Shown here: positions 25,259 through 35,903 of the stretch, piece after piece
How positions within the stretch are numbered: the stretch's first letter is position 1
Layout: every line of letters begins with the position of its first letter
Source of the DNA: Octopus bimaculoides
Lineage: Eukaryota
Assembly: GCF_001194135.2 (NCBI RefSeq)
Contig: NC_069003.1
Coordinates: forward strand, 3,238,927 to 3,274,829
Reading direction: 5' to 3'
DNA length: 35,903 bases
The notes under the pieces: generated by a model
The model's database searches: none
Told to the model about the DNA's origin: nothing
The model's input: only the letters and a program-made list of their open reading frames with translations
Program-made: the position numbers and the translations under genes

Positions 25259-26529
25259 TAAATATGGCTTTAATATATAGACATTTAGTGTCGGTTTGAA
25301 ATTAATCTCCTCCTCGCTTAAGTAACAGAGCTTTTCATTGATTGTATTGAGGTAGAAGAGAACTAGTTTTGGCTTTGCTTAAAAACTTATCGGTGACTTA
25401 CTCCTTATACCCATCAAATAGTAGAATTGAAGAAGACTAATACGTTTAAATCTTTAAGGATTAAAGCATATTGCATTGCGAATAGCACAACTTGATTTAT
25501 ATGATGGTATGCCATTGAATCTTGATCCCGTATTTTTCAATTTCGTTTTCAATCACTGTTGTTCCTGTTTGATGCTATATATATAATTCAGCTTATTCGT
25601 AAGCCCTTTCTATCTAGATTTATATCTCAAATATTTTAATAATTTCTCCTTGGTTTCCTGCATCAAATACATGTATATAATCAATGGAACATAGATGCAA
25701 GACTTGTTCCCACATTGCCCTTTCGTTTATGTTACTGAGGATATGCACAGTATTAGCTATTGCTCTATAATCAACAAATCCATCTTGCACGTTTGAGTTC
25801 TAACGCTTAATATCGTTTCTAAATCTCAGCGCCAACGCTCGAAGCAAAGATTCTATAACGTACGCCCATAAGCCTGATCGTTCCGGATAATTCATATTCT
25901 AAAATTATTTGACAGGGTTCCCACAACACTGGCTTGCATACATATTCTGAAAACATCCTAGTATTCATCGTGCGTTTGCCATTACTTTAATAACAAATAT
26001 TGTGGTGTGGTACCTTAACAGTCTCTGAAAGAACTCTATCCGTTCTAGCGGTTTTCTAATCGAATATTTCTAACATTGGGTGATTGATCCCTACATTGCA
26101 CAAAGTTCACCAGTTAAAGATCTTGCTCTCTGAAATTGTTGGTNNNNNNNNNNNNNNNNNNNNNNNNNNNNNNNNNNNNNNNNNNNNNNNNNNNNNNNNN
26201 NNNNNNNNNNNNNNNNNNNNNNNNNNNNNNNNNNNNNNNNNNNNNNNNNNNNNNNNNNNNNNNNNNNNNNNNNNNNNNNNNNNNNNNNNNNNNNNNNNNN
26301 NNNNNNNNNNNNNNNNNNNNNNNNNNNNNNNNNNNNNNNNNNNNNNNNNNNNNNNNNNNNNNNNNNNNNNNNNNNNNNNNNNNNNNNNNNNNNNNNNNNN
26401 NNNNNNNNNNNNNNNNNNNNNNNNNNNNNNNNNNNNNNNNNNNNNNNNNNNNNNNNNNNNNNNNNNNNNNNNNNNNNNNNNNNNNNNNNNNNNNNNNNNN
26501 NNNNNNNNNNNNNNNNNNNNNNNNNNNNN

Positions 26530-26581
<52 letters not shown>

Positions 26582-26785
26582 CATACATATATATGCATAT
26601 ATGTACATACTTTAACATAGAGGCATATACACATATACACATACACGGTTTCACACATACATAAATGCATCAATCTCTTCCTACATATTCACCTATACAT
26701 GTATACACACACAGACACACACACACACACAGACACACACACAGACACACACACACACACACACACACANNNNNNNNNNCACACA

Positions 26786-26831
<46 letters not shown>

Positions 26832-27735
26832 TATATATATATATATATGTGCATATATATATGTACGTATGAATTATTCATGCCACCCAAAAAACGGTTA
26901 CCGAGGTATATATTTATGTGACTGAACATGATGGGGTGTCACCTCTTATTTCATAAGATGACTCCAGATACGAATATATATGCCAGTTCTTAAGCCTCAG
27001 TTTTTAAAAAAATCGATAGGAATATTAAAAAAGACACACAATTTTAACGAAAATTTTGTTGGAGTTGTAAAATAAATAGATTAAGATTTTTGGTGGAGTT
27101 CGAGATAGAATTTTACAAAAGATAAAAAAAAAATAAAGACGAAAATATATAAATGAATAAATGATTTCTTTTTTTAAAGGATGCAGAATGGAAATAAGAA
27201 AATGTCTGAAAAATAAGAGAGAAAAGGTGAATAAGAGTGAAATATTTATAAGAGAATCAAAGAATGAGCGTCTTCAGTGGAAAAAAGAGAGAGAAGACGT
27301 TTGATTGTGTCTGAGAGGGAAATCTAAAAGGAAGTGAATGAAAGCGAAAGAGAGACTGAGAGAGAAAGAGAGGTGGGTGTGTGAGAGAGAGAGAGAGATA
27401 AGGAGAAGGGGAGAGGAGAGATAATGGAAAGAGAAGTAAAGATAGCGTATTGTTATATTTTCTTTGTTTTTAAGAGAACTTGAAAATAAATGTTGCGGGT
27501 TGAATAGTCAATTATGTGAAGACGTATTAACAAAAAATAAATAAATAAATGCGCCATGAACAATGACACACACACGCACACACACACACACACACACGCA
27601 TATACATTTCTATATGTCTATATATATACGTGTATATATGTGTTCGAGTGTGTGTGTGAACGTGTGTGTGTGCGCGTGTGTCTATATATATAGAAATACA
27701 TATACATACATACATATATATAGAGAGTTTATATA

Positions 27736-27777
<42 letters not shown>

Positions 27778-27817
27778 GATAGATAGATGCATACGCAGGT
27801 GTATATATATATATAAA

Positions 27818-27848
<31 letters not shown>

Positions 27849-28439
27849 TTCTGTTAAAGCTTCATTATTTATTTCTAATTTTATAACTCACATTGATTTC
27901 TATTCAACACGCACGCGCACACACGAGTATACAACATATAAATATACGTATAATGTGTGAATGTGTGTGTGATATTTCAAATATCCTGCCCTTTAAAAAC
28001 GATGGCGCATGGAGTAAGGCCTTCATAGGCCCTTCTACTAGCAGGCTTAGCGGTAGTAGAGTAGATTGGAGCATGATAGATATTTTGGTGCGTGTGTCTA
28101 CTGGAACTGAAATCATTCGCTTTTTGCCTTATGTCTAATGGCAACAAAAAGTATTGCGTCTAGTGCATCACGTGATAAAACTGAGTTGAAAGTCTTATAG
28201 TCTCACTGCTACATGCATCTTATCATACCGGAGGCGGATAACAGTTGTGGAAGCTGTCGCAACGATATTTCTGTTGGGAGAAGGAAAATTGCCAAAAATA
28301 CCAAAAGAAAGCAAAGAAAAAATATGCTGAGGTTATTTTTGTAATGTCTACGTGATGCAGAAAAAAGGTGGGCTTACGGGTGGTAAAAAATTGTTAAAAA
28401 AATCGAAAAGATAAAAGGCATATCTACTAAAAATATATA

Positions 28440-28756
28440 GGCGCAGGAGTGGCTGTGTGATAAGTAGCTTCCTTACCAACCACATGGTTCCGGGTTCAGT
28501 CCCACTGCGTGGCACCTTGGGCAAGTGTCTTCTGCTATAGCCTCGGGCCGACCAAAGCCTTGTCAGTGGATTTGGTAGACGGAAACTGAAAGAAGCCCGT
28601 CGTATATATATANNNNNNNNNNCACATGGTTCCGGGTTCAGTCCCACTGCGTGGCACCTTGGGCAAGTGTCTTCTGCTATAGCCTCGGGCCGACCAAAGC
28701 CTTGTCAGTGGATTTGGTAGACGGAAACTGAAAGAAGCCCGTCGTATATATATATG

Positions 28757-28788
<32 letters not shown>

Positions 28789-28794
28789 GGTGTG

Positions 28795-28838
<44 letters not shown>

Positions 28839-29033
28839 TCGCCCCAACATCGCTTGGTAACCGATGGTGGTGTGTTTACGTCCCCGTAACATAGCGGTTC
28901 ACCAAGACAGACCGATAGAATAAGTACTAGGCTTACAAAGAATAAGTCCTGGGGTCGATTTGCTCGACTAAAAGGCGGTGCTCCAGCATGGCCGCAGTCA
29001 AATGACTGAAACAAGTAAAAGAGTAAAGGAGTA
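28440..29033 (+). mobile_element. Full-length, best-preserved SINE family B (includes an assembly duplication)
   Basis: A-box-like TGGCTGTGTGA (28450-28460), B-box-like GGTTCAGTCCC (28493-28503), core CACCTTGGGCAAGTGTCTT, internal (TA)n(TG)n 28745-28836, and tail ending GACTGAAACAAGTAAAAGAGTAAAGGAGTA. No clear TSD. Confidence 0.9.
28481..28754. other. 132-bp exact duplication across a 10-N gap (probable false duplication)
   Basis: 28481-28612 is identical to 28623-28754, separated only by N10. Confidence 0.85.
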
Positions 29034-29401
29034 TAATAATTACATTTATTATTTATCAAATTTTAAGTGATGAAACGATGGAGTGGAGATCCACGAGAAG
29101 TGGATAATTGAAGTGAGAGCAAGAGCAGAAAATACATGTTGCTGCTCGAGACAATATAAACGCAACAGCAGAAAGCCAAACTAAAATTTCCCAGCCACTC
29201 GTTATCGCTTGAGCCGGTTTGAAGGTTTAGCTCAAGGCGTTGAAATGACAAATATCAAGATAGAGGGACACGGGAAATTATGGGCAGTTGTTTATAACAG
29301 GAGGAAAAAAAAAGGATAATGAAAATACAAGCTAGATACAGAAGAACGACCAACGCTCCAAATGCTGTTGAACAACACATTGAAAGAAGAAAAGAAGAAA
29401 C

Positions 29402-29666
29402 GAAGTAAAGAACGGAAGTATTAATGTATGAACTCCTAATGCGATTCAAGTATAAAGAAATCAAAGAATTGAGGATCTAAGACAAATAGTTTCCAGATTA
29501 GAATATGAAACTGAAGAATAAAGAGAAAGAATAATAGACCTTTCAAGTCAAAGAACCGCAGTGAGAACAAAGAGATTCAAAGCGAGTAAATGAAAGAATC
29601 TCCATGAGAATAGAGAACGAAATAGACGATAATAGATATTTGATGATAGCACTAATGCTGCCAGCA
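29402..29666 (+). pseudogene. Decayed non-LTR retrotransposon (RTE/CR1-like) APE endonuclease fragment
   Basis: GGA AGT ATT AAT GTA TGA ACT (GSINV*T, from 29414) resembles the N-terminal IGT/SxNVRT motif with a CGA>TGA change. In another frame from 29583, RVNERISMRIENEIDDNRYLMI resembles the xNERIxxxRxxxxxxRYLTII segment. The spacing is shorter than usual and there are stops and a frameshift. Motif recognition is from memory, not a search. Confidence 0.45.
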
Positions 29667-30748
29667 TAGAGCATGTACGGCTTGATACGACATAATACAT
29701 AAATATAATTAAATTTTCTGAAACAAATACGGAAAATGATTTCTATGGTGAATTTTTAATTATATGCATAAATAGTTATGAGCTTATATATANNNNNNNN
29801 NNNNNNNNNNNNNNNNNNNNNNNNNNNNNNNNNNNNNNNNNNNNNNNNNNNNNNNNNNNNNNNNNNNNNNNNNNNNNNNNNNNNNNNNNNNNNNNNNNNN
29901 NNNNNNNNNNNNNNNNNNNNNNNNNNNNNNNNNNNNNNNNNNNNNNNNNNNNNNNNNNNNNNNNNNNNNNNNNNNNNNNNNNNNNNNNNNNNNNNNNNNN
30001 NNNNNNNNNNNNNNNNNNNNNNNNNNNNNNNNNNNNNNNNNNNNNNNNNNNNNNNNNNNNNNNNNNNNNNNNNNNNNNNNNNNNNNNNNNNNNNNNNNNN
30101 NNNNNNNNNNNNNNNNNNNNNNNNNNNNNNNNNNNNNNNNNNNNNNNNNNNNNNNNNNNNNNNNNNNNNNNNNNNNNNNNNNNNNNNNNNNNNNNNNNNN
30201 NNNNNNNNNNNNNNNNNNNNNNNNNNNNNNNNNNNNNNNNNNNNNNNNNNNNNNNNNNNNNNNNNNNNNNNNNNNNNNNNNNNNNNNNNNNNNNNNNNNN
30301 NNNNNNNNNNNNNNNNNNNNNNNNNNNNNNNNNNNNNNNNNNNNNNNNNNNNNNNNNNNNNNNNNNNNNNNNNNNNNNNNNNNNNNNNNNNNNNNNNNNN
30401 NNNNNNNNNNNNNNNNNNNNNNNNNNNNNNNNNNNNNNNNNNNNNNNNNNNNNNNNNNNNNNNNNNNNNNNNNNNNNNNNNNNNNNNNNNNNNNNNNNNN
30501 NNNNNNNNNNNNNNNNNNNNNNNNNNNNNNNNNNNNNNNNNNNNNNNNNNNNNNNNNNNNNNNNNNNNNNNNNNNNNNNNNNNNNNNNNNNNNNNNNNNN
30601 NNNNNNNNNNNNNNNNNNNNNNNNNNNNNNNNNNNNNNNNNNNNNNNNNNNNNNNNNNNNNNNNNNNNNNNNNNNNNNNNNNNNNNNNNNNNNNNNNNNN
30701 NNNNNNNNNNNNNNNNNNNNNNNNNNNNNNNNNNTATATATATATATT

Positions 30749-30821
<73 letters not shown>

Positions 30822-30842
30822 CGATAGACAGATAGATATATG

Positions 30843-30980
30843 CAACGGGCTACCCTCAGTTTCCCTATACCATCTCCACTCATATGGATCTGGTCGACGC
30901 TAGTCCATAGCAGAAGACACTTGCCCAATGTTTCACACAGTGGGACTGAATCCGGAACCATGTTGTTGAGTAGCAAACTT
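30843..30980 (-). mobile_element. SINE family B head, 5' end missing
   Basis: ATAGCAGAAGACACTTGCCCAA...CAGTGGGACTGAATCCGGAACCATG. The adjacent (TAGA)n at 30751-30838 occupies the internal microsatellite site. Confidence 0.85.
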
Positions 30981-31143
30981 GTCCGTTTTTACGTTCTGAA
31001 TCCAGTTTCCTTCGAGGTCGACTTTACATTTCAGCCTATCGTGATCGATAAAATAAGTACCCATTGGCCACTGGTTTCGATCCAATCGACCAATCCCTCC
31101 CGCCAAAATTACCGCCTTTGTCACAATTTGAAACAGTTATTAT
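30981..31143 (+). mobile_element. SINE family C, 5' end missing
   Basis: GTCCGTTTTTACGTTCTGA...GAGGTCGACTTT...GATCGATAAAATAAGTACC...AATCGACC...AAAATT...TTTGAAA. Confidence 0.8.
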
Positions 31144-33085
31144 AATTGTTGTGATATCATGTAAAAACAAACACAAACCATCCATGAGTGACCCGAATTT
31201 ATATTTACAGCATTTAAAAGAAACAGCTGAAAAGAGATTTACTAAATGAAGATGTGGAATTATTACGAACAAAATGTATGAGACGTACTAGAAACTAGGT
31301 GGACTTAACAAATGGGTAAGAATTTTACCATATAAAATACCCTGATAAAAACACTTTTTTCTTTCTGAAATGCAGGTGTTTGGTAATTTTACAGGAGATG
31401 TGACGAAGTTCGCGCATAATGAGATGCACTGTATTGCGTGAAATTCTACAGGTAATGTTGAAAATTGGTAAACACCTAATTTGTAACATTATCTGATACA
31501 TGGTTTTATCAGTCGTGTTAACTGATTATCTCGGTATCGAATCTAAGTTGGTAGAGTTGAAAGCTGAAATATTTTAAATCATCACACAGATGAAGTGATT
31601 TTTGAAGTTTCATCTTCCAGTATTCGTCCGTCCATCCATCCATTTATCTCTATAATTTTCTAACTACGTATATATATNNNNNNNNNNNNNNNNNNNNNNN
31701 NNNNNNNNNNNNNNNNNNNNNNNNNNNNNNNNNNNNNNNNNNNNNNNNNNNNNNNNNNNNNNNNNNNNNNNNNNNNNNNNNNNNNNNNNNNNNNNNNNNN
31801 NNNNNNNNNNNNNNNNNNNNNNNNNNNNNNNNNNNNNNNNNNNNNNNNNNNNNNNNNNNNNNNNNNNNNNNNNNNNNNNNNNNNNNNNNNNNNNNNNNNN
31901 NNNNNNNNNNNNNNNNNNNNNNNNNNNNNNNNNNNNNNNNNNNNNNNNNNNNNNNNNNNNNNNNNNNNNNNNNNNNNNNNNNNNNNNNNNNNNNNNNNNN
32001 NNNNNNNNNNNNNNNNNNNNNNNNNNNNNNNNNNNNNNNNNNNNNNNNNNNNNNNNNNNNNNNNNNNNNNNNNNNNNNNNNNNNNNNNNNNNNNNNNNNN
32101 NNNNNNNNNNNNNNNNNNTATACATACATATATACACACGAGATCGTTACGCACAGTGCTGAAAAGAAATTTGAAAAAAGTATTGTCAAAGAAATATCTT
32201 TGATCATTTAAGCAGAATGTTATCTTAACCTTTTTCGGTACTTTCTTCCCCCCTTTAATTCGATTGCTAGAATGGTGACACTTGGAACAAGTAATTAATG
32301 GTTCATTACTGGTTCCTTAAAATGGTTTCGAGAACTGTCCATGTGGAATGACTTATAGATCATTTTTCATACACGCAAAGAATACGCACAACAACGGTTA
32401 CCCACTCACAATCACTCCCACACACTTACACAAGGTATTGCACATACTGACACGCTAACTCCCACGCGCACAATATCTTAGTAGTATATATATATATATA
32501 TATATATATAAGTTTATACATATGTATGAATATATATACATATGTATATANNNNNNNNNNNNNNNNNNNNNNNNNNNNNNNNNNNNNNNNNNNNNNNNNN
32601 NNNNNNNNNNNNNNNNNNNNNNNNNNNNNNNNNNNNNNNNNNNNNNNNNNNNNNNNNNNNNNNNNNNNNNNNNNNNNNNNNNNNNNNNNNNNNNNNNNNN
32701 NNNNNNNNNNNNNNNNNTATATATATATATATATGCAGTTATGTCGATGTACGTCTAAGCGCGGTGTATTTGAGTGTCTGTATGTAAATACGTAGAGAGA
32801 AGAAAGAGAGAATGAAGTGCAACAAGGAAAAGTGTGAGAAAAGCTGATGGAAATATAGAGTGATGTTAGTTGTTTCTTGGTAATTTCTAGAAACGTACTC
32901 GGTACTTCAGTCGCTGCCTATTGTTTAGGCGTCCATAAATCAAGAGAGAGATACCGCACTGCAAAAGAGAAAATGAGTGGATTTACTTTACAATAGTCGA
33001 GCAATATATATCTAGTTATTGCTTCCAAAACCTCCAAGCGTTTCCGCGTCGATTGCTTTTGGCAACATTACCGAGCCTTCGAAAT

Positions 33086-33200
33086 GGGCCAGCCGACAAA
33101 ATCGTTAACACACCGTACAAAATACTTAGCGTCATTTCGTCCGTCTTTACGTTCTGATTTTAAATTCCGCCCCGCTCGAATTTGCCTTCATCCTTTCGGA
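33086..33200 (+). mobile_element. SINE family C head and partial core
   Basis: AAATCGTTAACAC...ATACTTAGCG...TTTCGTCCGTCTTTACGTTCTGA...AAATTCCGCC...TTTGCCTTCATCCTTTCGG. Confidence 0.85.
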
Positions 33201-33266
33201 ACACTGTGGGCAATGAAATCTACTTACGCCCTTGCCTGACATTGCGGCACTTCTGCCAAAACTCTG

Positions 33267-33781
33267 GTACTAATATTCCATCCGTCTCTTTCACCGAACC
33301 GCTAATTTACGGGGACGTAAACCCACCAACATCGGTTGTCAAGTAATGGCGGATGGGCACGAGCACAGACACATAAATGCACACAGACACGCGCGCGCTC
33401 ACATGTTTATGTATACGATGGGGTTCTTTCCATTTCCGTTACCAAATTCCCTCACAAAACTTTGGTCGGTCCGCCACAATGTTTCCCAACCAGGCGTGCT
33501 CGCACCCTTTGCAGGTGCGAGATAGCATTCCAGGGGTGCGAGTAGGGCTGGACTTACAAGGGGTCAAATGAGGAAATTTCCCCCTGTACCTTTATTCGTA
33601 TATGAATTATTAGTTTAAGGCGAGCGAGAACATATCAAAAGTTTTTTTATGGGTGCGCGCACAACAAAGGTTAGGAAGCACTGTTATGGTAGAAGACAAT
33701 GAACAATGTGCGACGCAGTGGGACCGAAACCGGAACCATGTGGTTGGGAAGCAATCTTCTTGCCGCACAGCCACTCCTGCA
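33267..33781 (-). mobile_element. SINE family B interrupted by a MITE
   Basis: 33267-33476 and 33684-33781 rejoin into a B copy collinear with ~28441-28930 (CCGAACCGCTAA...GGGGACGTAAAC; TTTGGTCGG|TATGGTAGAAGAC; ACGCAGTGGGAC...GGAACCATGTGGTTG...CAGCCACTCCTGC). Confidence 0.88.
33477..33683. mobile_element. 207-bp non-autonomous hAT-type DNA transposon (MITE)
   Basis: Left TIR CAATGTTTCCCAACC and right TIR GGTTAGGAAGCACTG match at 12/15 positions. The CAGTGxTTCCCAAC end is typical of hAT/Charlie elements. An 8-bp TSD is not recoverable (GTCCGCCA vs TTATGGTA). Confidence 0.75.
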
Positions 33782-34135
33782 TATGTTCATATATATTTGT
33801 ATATGATGCTATACACCTATATATATCGACGTATTGTGAGTATGGGATTGTGTTCGTGCTTCACTATACGTGTTTACGCGTAATCAGACACACGTGTTGG
33901 TGATGTGAGGAAACTGTATCAGCGTTATACTGAAAAATAGATGTGTTGTCTACAAGCTTGTGTGTACGCGTACATATATGGGTGTGTATTAGAATATACA
34001 CGATCGTGTATGTTATTACCTATGTATGTGGTTGCGAGTACAAATCAAGTTATAAGTATATGTTGAAATATTTACACTTGTTTCTGCCATTATGTGTTTG
34101 CCTGGTGGCGAGTTCTGCTTATTTGCTCGTATTGA

Positions 34136-34176
<41 letters not shown>

Positions 34177-34770
34177 NNNNNNNNNNNNNNNNNNNNNNNN
34201 NNNNNNNNNNNNNNNNNNNNNNNNNNNNNNNNNNNNNNNNNNNNNNNNNNNNNNNNNNNNNNNNNNNNNNNNNNNNNNNNNNNNNNNNNNNNNNNNNNNN
34301 NNNNNNNNNNNNNNNNNNNNNNNNNNNNNNNNNNNNNNNNNNNNNNNNNNNNNNNNNNNNNNNNNNNNATATATATATATATGTATGTATGTATGTATAT
34401 ACATGTACATATATGCATATATATGTGCGTGTGTGTGTGTGTCAATGCGTGTCTGTGCGTGTGTGTGGAGTATTGTGTGTCTGTGTGTTCGTGTGTATGT
34501 CAGCGTGTGTGTATGTGTCTGTGTGTATATAAGTGTGCATATATGTATTGTGTGTCCATGTGATTGTACAAGGTACACGTGTGTGAGCGTGTGTATATGT
34601 GTGTTTGTGTGTGTGTGTGAGTGCGTTGGTGTGAGACTATCTGTGACTGCATTGATTCGTCGAAAAACGATGTTTCGTATTGTGCAACTCTATTTTTGTC
34701 TTTCTCCTGCTTCTGCTTCACTGCGCAATGTTTTGCCCCACATTACACATTGTTATACAGTTTGAAGTCG

Positions 34771-34807
34771 AAGAGAGAGAGAAAAAGAGAAAGGGAAACA
34801 GAAACAG

Positions 34808-34842
<35 letters not shown>

Positions 34843-34920
34843 GAGAGAGAGAGAGAAAGAGAGAAAGAGAGAAAGAGCGAATGACAAATAGTGATTGAGA
34901 AAGAGAATGAGAGAGGGAAG
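34771..34920. repeat. (GA)n-rich polypurine tract
   Basis: Seen directly. Confidence 0.92.
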
Positions 34921-35017
34921 GCTGGAAAAAGAAAGAAAAAAAACTACCAGGCATGTAATTTTTGGTCAGAGGCAAGTATCATCATTTTTCTCTCCTTCTT
35001 CACTCGTAAAATCAAAA

Positions 35018-35038
35018 ATGATGATGATGATGATGATG

Positions 35039-35092
<54 letters not shown>

Positions 35093-35122
35093 TTAAATAA
35101 TGACAATAGTAATAATGATAAT

Positions 35123-35173
<51 letters not shown>
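35018..35173. repeat. (ATG)n-(AAT)n compound trinucleotide repeat
   Basis: (ATG)n 35018-35040, then (AAT)n with interruptions to 35173. Confidence 0.96.
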
Positions 35174-35174
<1 letters not shown>

Positions 35175-35825
35175 GTGTGGAAGACAAAAATTATTTTTTG
35201 CGCCTGAGTTGCTTCATTCTGTCGTATAATATTTTAGTTTTACTGTATTATAATCGACAACAATAATATGAAAGGTATAACAATACTAAATTGTAATAAT
35301 GGCTACTGCAAAGCATCGCCATATGTGTGTGTGTGTGTGTGTGTAAATATTTGTGTATATACGTGCGGTTAACAATTAAGAATACCTAGTGTTACGCTTT
35401 TTTTTCTTTTGGGAAACTGTTATATATCTATAGTCTCGGGTCTGGGCCGACGTACCTATAGCATTTTTCTTTTTTTTTTTCTATAATGATGGACTTGATC
35501 CTTCACTCTGTTTAACACTAGAACCATATTGATCGCTTCTTGTCACCATGCAGAGAGAAAGATATAAACTTGGTATCTCAGTACCGTGTTTACTACAGCA
35601 TTGTCTTAACTTCTCTCCTTCTTCACGGTCAGGATTGATAACTCAGCCCAAAAAAACTCATATTATTGTTAATCAACTCGGTTTCTGCCTGTCCGTGCTT
35701 TCTGCTTCCTTCCTGGTCAAAGACTCTATTCGTATTCATCGAAGGCCACGTCACGATGGATGCGTTTCCATCAATAAAATGCATCGACGGGAACAGCGAG
35801 AAAGGTTTCGTCCTAAAGTGCAAAT

Positions 35826-35880
35826 GTTCAGCTACCACAGTGGACAGGTCCTATATTTATTGACCCAGAAAGGATAAAAA
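35826..35880 (-). mobile_element. SINE family C core fragment
   Basis: GGTCCTATATTTATTGACCCAGAAAGGATAAAA resembles GGTACTTATTTTATCGACCCCGAAATGATAAA at 19647. Confidence 0.45.
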
Positions 35881-35903
35881 AAAACGTTGTACTCCGCGAG
35901 ATA

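Noticed and set aside
31376-31451. Exon candidate with strong acceptor and CAG|GTAATG donor
   Set aside because: Stops in all three frames. It could only be non-coding or UTR, and there is no supporting evidence.
35548-35877. 109-aa ORF at the window end
   Set aside because: No recognisable domain, overlapped by similar-length ORFs in other frames, and its 3' end lies in a SINE-C fragment.

Overview
Eukaryotic, AT-rich, extremely repeat-dense window. I found no convincing protein-coding gene, tRNA/rRNA gene, CRISPR array or prokaryotic system. About 4.9 kb (~14%) is N in 16 assembly gaps, most flanked by (TA)n or other microsatellites, which points to a fragmented short-read assembly. Nearly all ORFs in the supplied track are microsatellite or N read-throughs. 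The rest is dominated by three tRNA-derived SINE families, called A, B and C here (about 20 copies or fragments). It also holds a 207-bp hAT-type MITE nested in a SINE, a possible Helitron 3' end, a decayed LINE endonuclease fragment and a degenerate 13-bp minisatellite. The SINE sequences and microsatellite load resemble an octopod cephalopod genome from my recollection; this is an inference, not a database result. The best leads are modest and structural: a perfect 90-bp (ACT)15/(AGT)n palindrome, the 13-bp minisatellite with block structure, module sharing between SINE families, a SINE carrying its own microsatellite seed, a closely spaced inverted SINE pair, and a SINE-B strand bias with a few speculative micro-exons. 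I did not find a new biological system that the sequence alone supports. Boundaries of decayed repeats are approximate (about 10-20 bp).
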